This document shows positions 48,038 through 48,170 of a DNA stretch of 48,170 nt, piece after piece; the stretch's first letter is position 1; each line of letters starts with the position of its first letter. The translations under genes and the position numbers were made by a program. The notes under the pieces are model-generated. The model did no database searches. It was not told the DNA's origin and worked only from the letters and a program-made list of their open reading frames with translations. This stretch comes from Ignavibacteriaceae bacterium (GTDB lineage Bacteria; Bacteroidota; Ignavibacteria; Ignavibacteriales; Ignavibacteriaceae). Where the stretch lies: NCBI GenBank assembly GCA_036824595.1, contig DAISZW010000002.1:4154-52323 (forward strand). Reading direction: 5' to 3'.

Positions 48038-48071
48038 AAAACCTTTAGATAATCGATAGAGGAAAGAAAAC

Positions 48072-48116
48072 ATAAAAAAACGGCTTCGGCAATACCTCTT
48101 TATCACCGAAGCCGTT
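48072..48116 (-). terminator. rho-independent terminator of an upstream minus-strand gene lying beyond the right window edge
   Basis: The minus strand reads AACGGCTTCGG-(16 nt loop)-CCGAAGCCGTT, an 11-bp perfect stem, followed by TTTTTTT (plus-strand A-run 48072-48078). Confidence 0.7.
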
Positions 48117-48170
48117 CACATGATGAACGATCAGCTCATTCAGCCTTGCCTTTCAATTAATTCTGAATAA

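Noticed and set aside
48038-48106. N-terminal extension of the CrtI-like oxidoreductase
   Set aside because: The extra 23 codons overlap the stem and T-tract of a strong terminator (48072-48116). The FAD-binding GxGxxG follows directly after the ATG at 48037.
48117-48170. 3' end of another minus-strand gene at the right window edge
   Set aside because: All three minus-strand frames hit a stop within about 30 nt of the edge, so no product can be inferred. Only the downstream terminator is reported.

Overview
AT-rich bacterial chromosomal window, densely coding and mostly housekeeping. I cannot assign the organism without a database search. My impression is an FCB-group (Ignavibacteria/Bacteroidota-like) genome, which is inference only.

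Layout:
- 1-9252: a small accessory-looking stretch, mainly minus strand. It holds a frameshifted SAM methyltransferase, a GNAT remnant, secreted GH3 and GH9-like glycoside hydrolases, an orphan hypothetical, an OsmC-like protein and a membrane class III nucleotidyl cyclase.
- 9437-44825: about 35 kb of co-directional plus-strand core genes.
  - MscS-type channel, K+/H+ antiporter, LapA-like protein, and a rhodanese + SufE-like pair.
  - The conserved rimP-nusA-infB-rbfA-truB-ribF-rpsO-pnp cluster.
  - RNase E/G, gcvT, a ComB-like phosphatase and ftsK.
  - A complete 13-gene E. coli-type complex I operon (nuoA, B, fused CD, E-N), then a PEBP/YbhB-like gene.
- 44892-48170: minus strand. An eRF1-like (baeRF-type) hypothetical and a CrtI-family FAD oxidoreductase, separated by a 548-bp ORF-free spacer.

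I found no rRNA, tRNA or CRISPR array, and no clear multi-gene novel (for example defence) system.

The items most worth a second look are non-coding or single-gene:
- A 251-bp MITE-like element with palindromic terminal inverted repeats, a 5-bp flanking duplication, compensatory hairpin variants and a GC-rich core (46322-46572).
- The uncharacterised eRF1-like protein next to it.
- An intrinsic terminator abutting the rimP start codon, a candidate NusA-type leader attenuator.
- An extended hairpin built from an 18-bp tandem repeat at the SufE-like stop codon.
- Tandem hairpins with covariation at 539-672.
- A 568-bp leader upstream of nuoA containing a 29-codon ORF plus terminator.
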